A stretch of 64,000 bases of DNA from Euglena gracilis (Eukaryota), in NCBI GenBank assembly GCA_039621445.1, contig CP154954.1, positions 5,805,919-5,869,918 on the forward strand. The letters run 5' to 3'. The notes beneath the pieces were generated by a model. That model was not told the DNA's origin. It searched no databases and worked only from the letters and a program-made list of their open reading frames with translations. The translations under genes were made by a program, and so were the position numbers. Below, piece by piece: positions 62,838-64,000 of this stretch; the stretch's first letter is position 1, and every line of letters begins with the position of its first letter.

Positions 62838-64000
62838 CCTCGACACCGTTGGGTAAAGCGACTTTATAGCGCCGACTTGTACCCAACCGATCAAGGATCT
62901 CACATGGTCCCATCCAGAGGGGGTCCAACTTCGTGGATTGCATGCGAGTTCTACCGTTCCGAACCCACACGCGGTCACCTGGGTTGTATACCGGTGATTT
63001 GTAATCTTGTAAGAATTGTTTTTTTGTTTTTGTAAGTGTATAGCGACTACGTGCTTTTGCACATCCGTGCGCAATGATTCTACTTCAGAGAACAATGTTT
63101 CGCAGCTCACGCTAGAACGAGCGGGTCGTTCTGACTCGATGTCGCCCATGGCTGGGGGGTCTCGTCCGAAGACGATTTTGTACGGTGAGTATTGTAATAT
63201 CAGACGCGGTAAAGTGTTGATATAAACACCAGGGTAGTACTTGTAGCCAGGCATTGTACGATTCGGCCAGTGAAAGTCGTAGCATGTTGACTACAGCTTT
63301 CACTGCCGCTTCAGCGCGACCATTTCCTTTTGGACGATAAATAATAGAAAAATGCTGCTCAGTTCCTAGTAAATCACAAAGAATTGTAAAAAATCGAGCA
63401 GTAATCAAATGGTCTTGATCACTCACGATATCATTCGGTAAACCCAGGAGGCAAATGCATCTTTCTAGAAACGTTTGTGCCAAAACTTGTGCTGTCAACC
63501 ATGCTTTCTGGCATGGAATGGCTACAATGTACCCACTCAGCCGACAGACGACAACAAGAACGTAATCGCAAATTTTGTCATCTGTTCCTTTGCAAGGTTG
63601 AAGTTCCAGAAAATCCATGCAGAGGGAAGTAAAAATGTCATTTGGTACGGGGAAGAAATCCAACGTACCAGGGGGGGGTACCTCTGCCCGGTTTCACAGC
63701 TTGACAAATTTGGCACCGTTGCGAATTTTGTAAACAGCGCTTGTACAATTTTTTTTCGGTCAGGGTTGTACAGTATCTGCGACCCACCAAAGAAAGAAGT
63801 TTGGGGGCCCCAGGGTGACCTTGGTTGTGATAACATAAAAGTTCGTCATCAACCAAGTCACAGGGTATGCAGTATTTATATCCAGTATCATTTCGGAAAA
63901 TCAAACGTAAAGGTGATAAGGTATAATTCTCAACCAATTCACCATTACGTAATCTTTGTACGACATTATTGTATAAATCATCCTTGGAATAATCCCATTC
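62838..64000 (-). pseudogene. pol: Integrase (zinc finger and core) of E
   Basis: YHNQGHPG..RCQICQ; LCMDF; IVSDQD; GRAEAAV; KLDPLWMGPC. Confidence 0.92.

Larger units (their letters stand above)
39761..64000 (-). mobile_element. LTR retrotransposon copy E (third subfamily); integrase split by D, 3' end truncated, 5' part beyond the window
   Basis: Joining 62843 to 44635 restores RYKVALPNGVEDVHTDDFKPY; ORF3 follows. Confidence 0.9.

Overview
This window is eukaryotic repeat DNA: a nested pile of large (~16.5-17 kb) Ty3/Gypsy chromodomain-bearing LTR retrotransposons, with no recognisable host gene. I resolve six related copies. A (-, 1-6475, truncated). B (-, 6476-37289, interrupted by C). 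C (+, 15207-32067, complete, TSD GTATC). F (+, 5' LTR and gag start only, 38609-~39430). E (-, 39761-64000, interrupted by D). D (-, 44636-62837, complete, TSD CCTCG). A 1.67-kb LTR-like mini-element G (+, 47532-49204, TSD ATAC) is inserted in D. The family plan is LTR (TG...CT ends) / tRNA-iMet PBS / very long coiled-coil Gag / UAG plus hairpin (probable read-through) / protease / Cys-rich module / Dam-like amino-methyltransferase domain / RT / RNase H / integrase-chromodomain / splice acceptor / ~1800-codon conserved non-env ORF3 / conserved 3' UTR / PPT / LTR. The main novelties are the methyltransferase-like domain inside a Gypsy pol, the mini-element carrying only such a domain (SPPF motif), and the giant ORF3. 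Most ORFs carry stops or frameshifts. All calls are by-eye motif recognition and alignment; no database searches were run.
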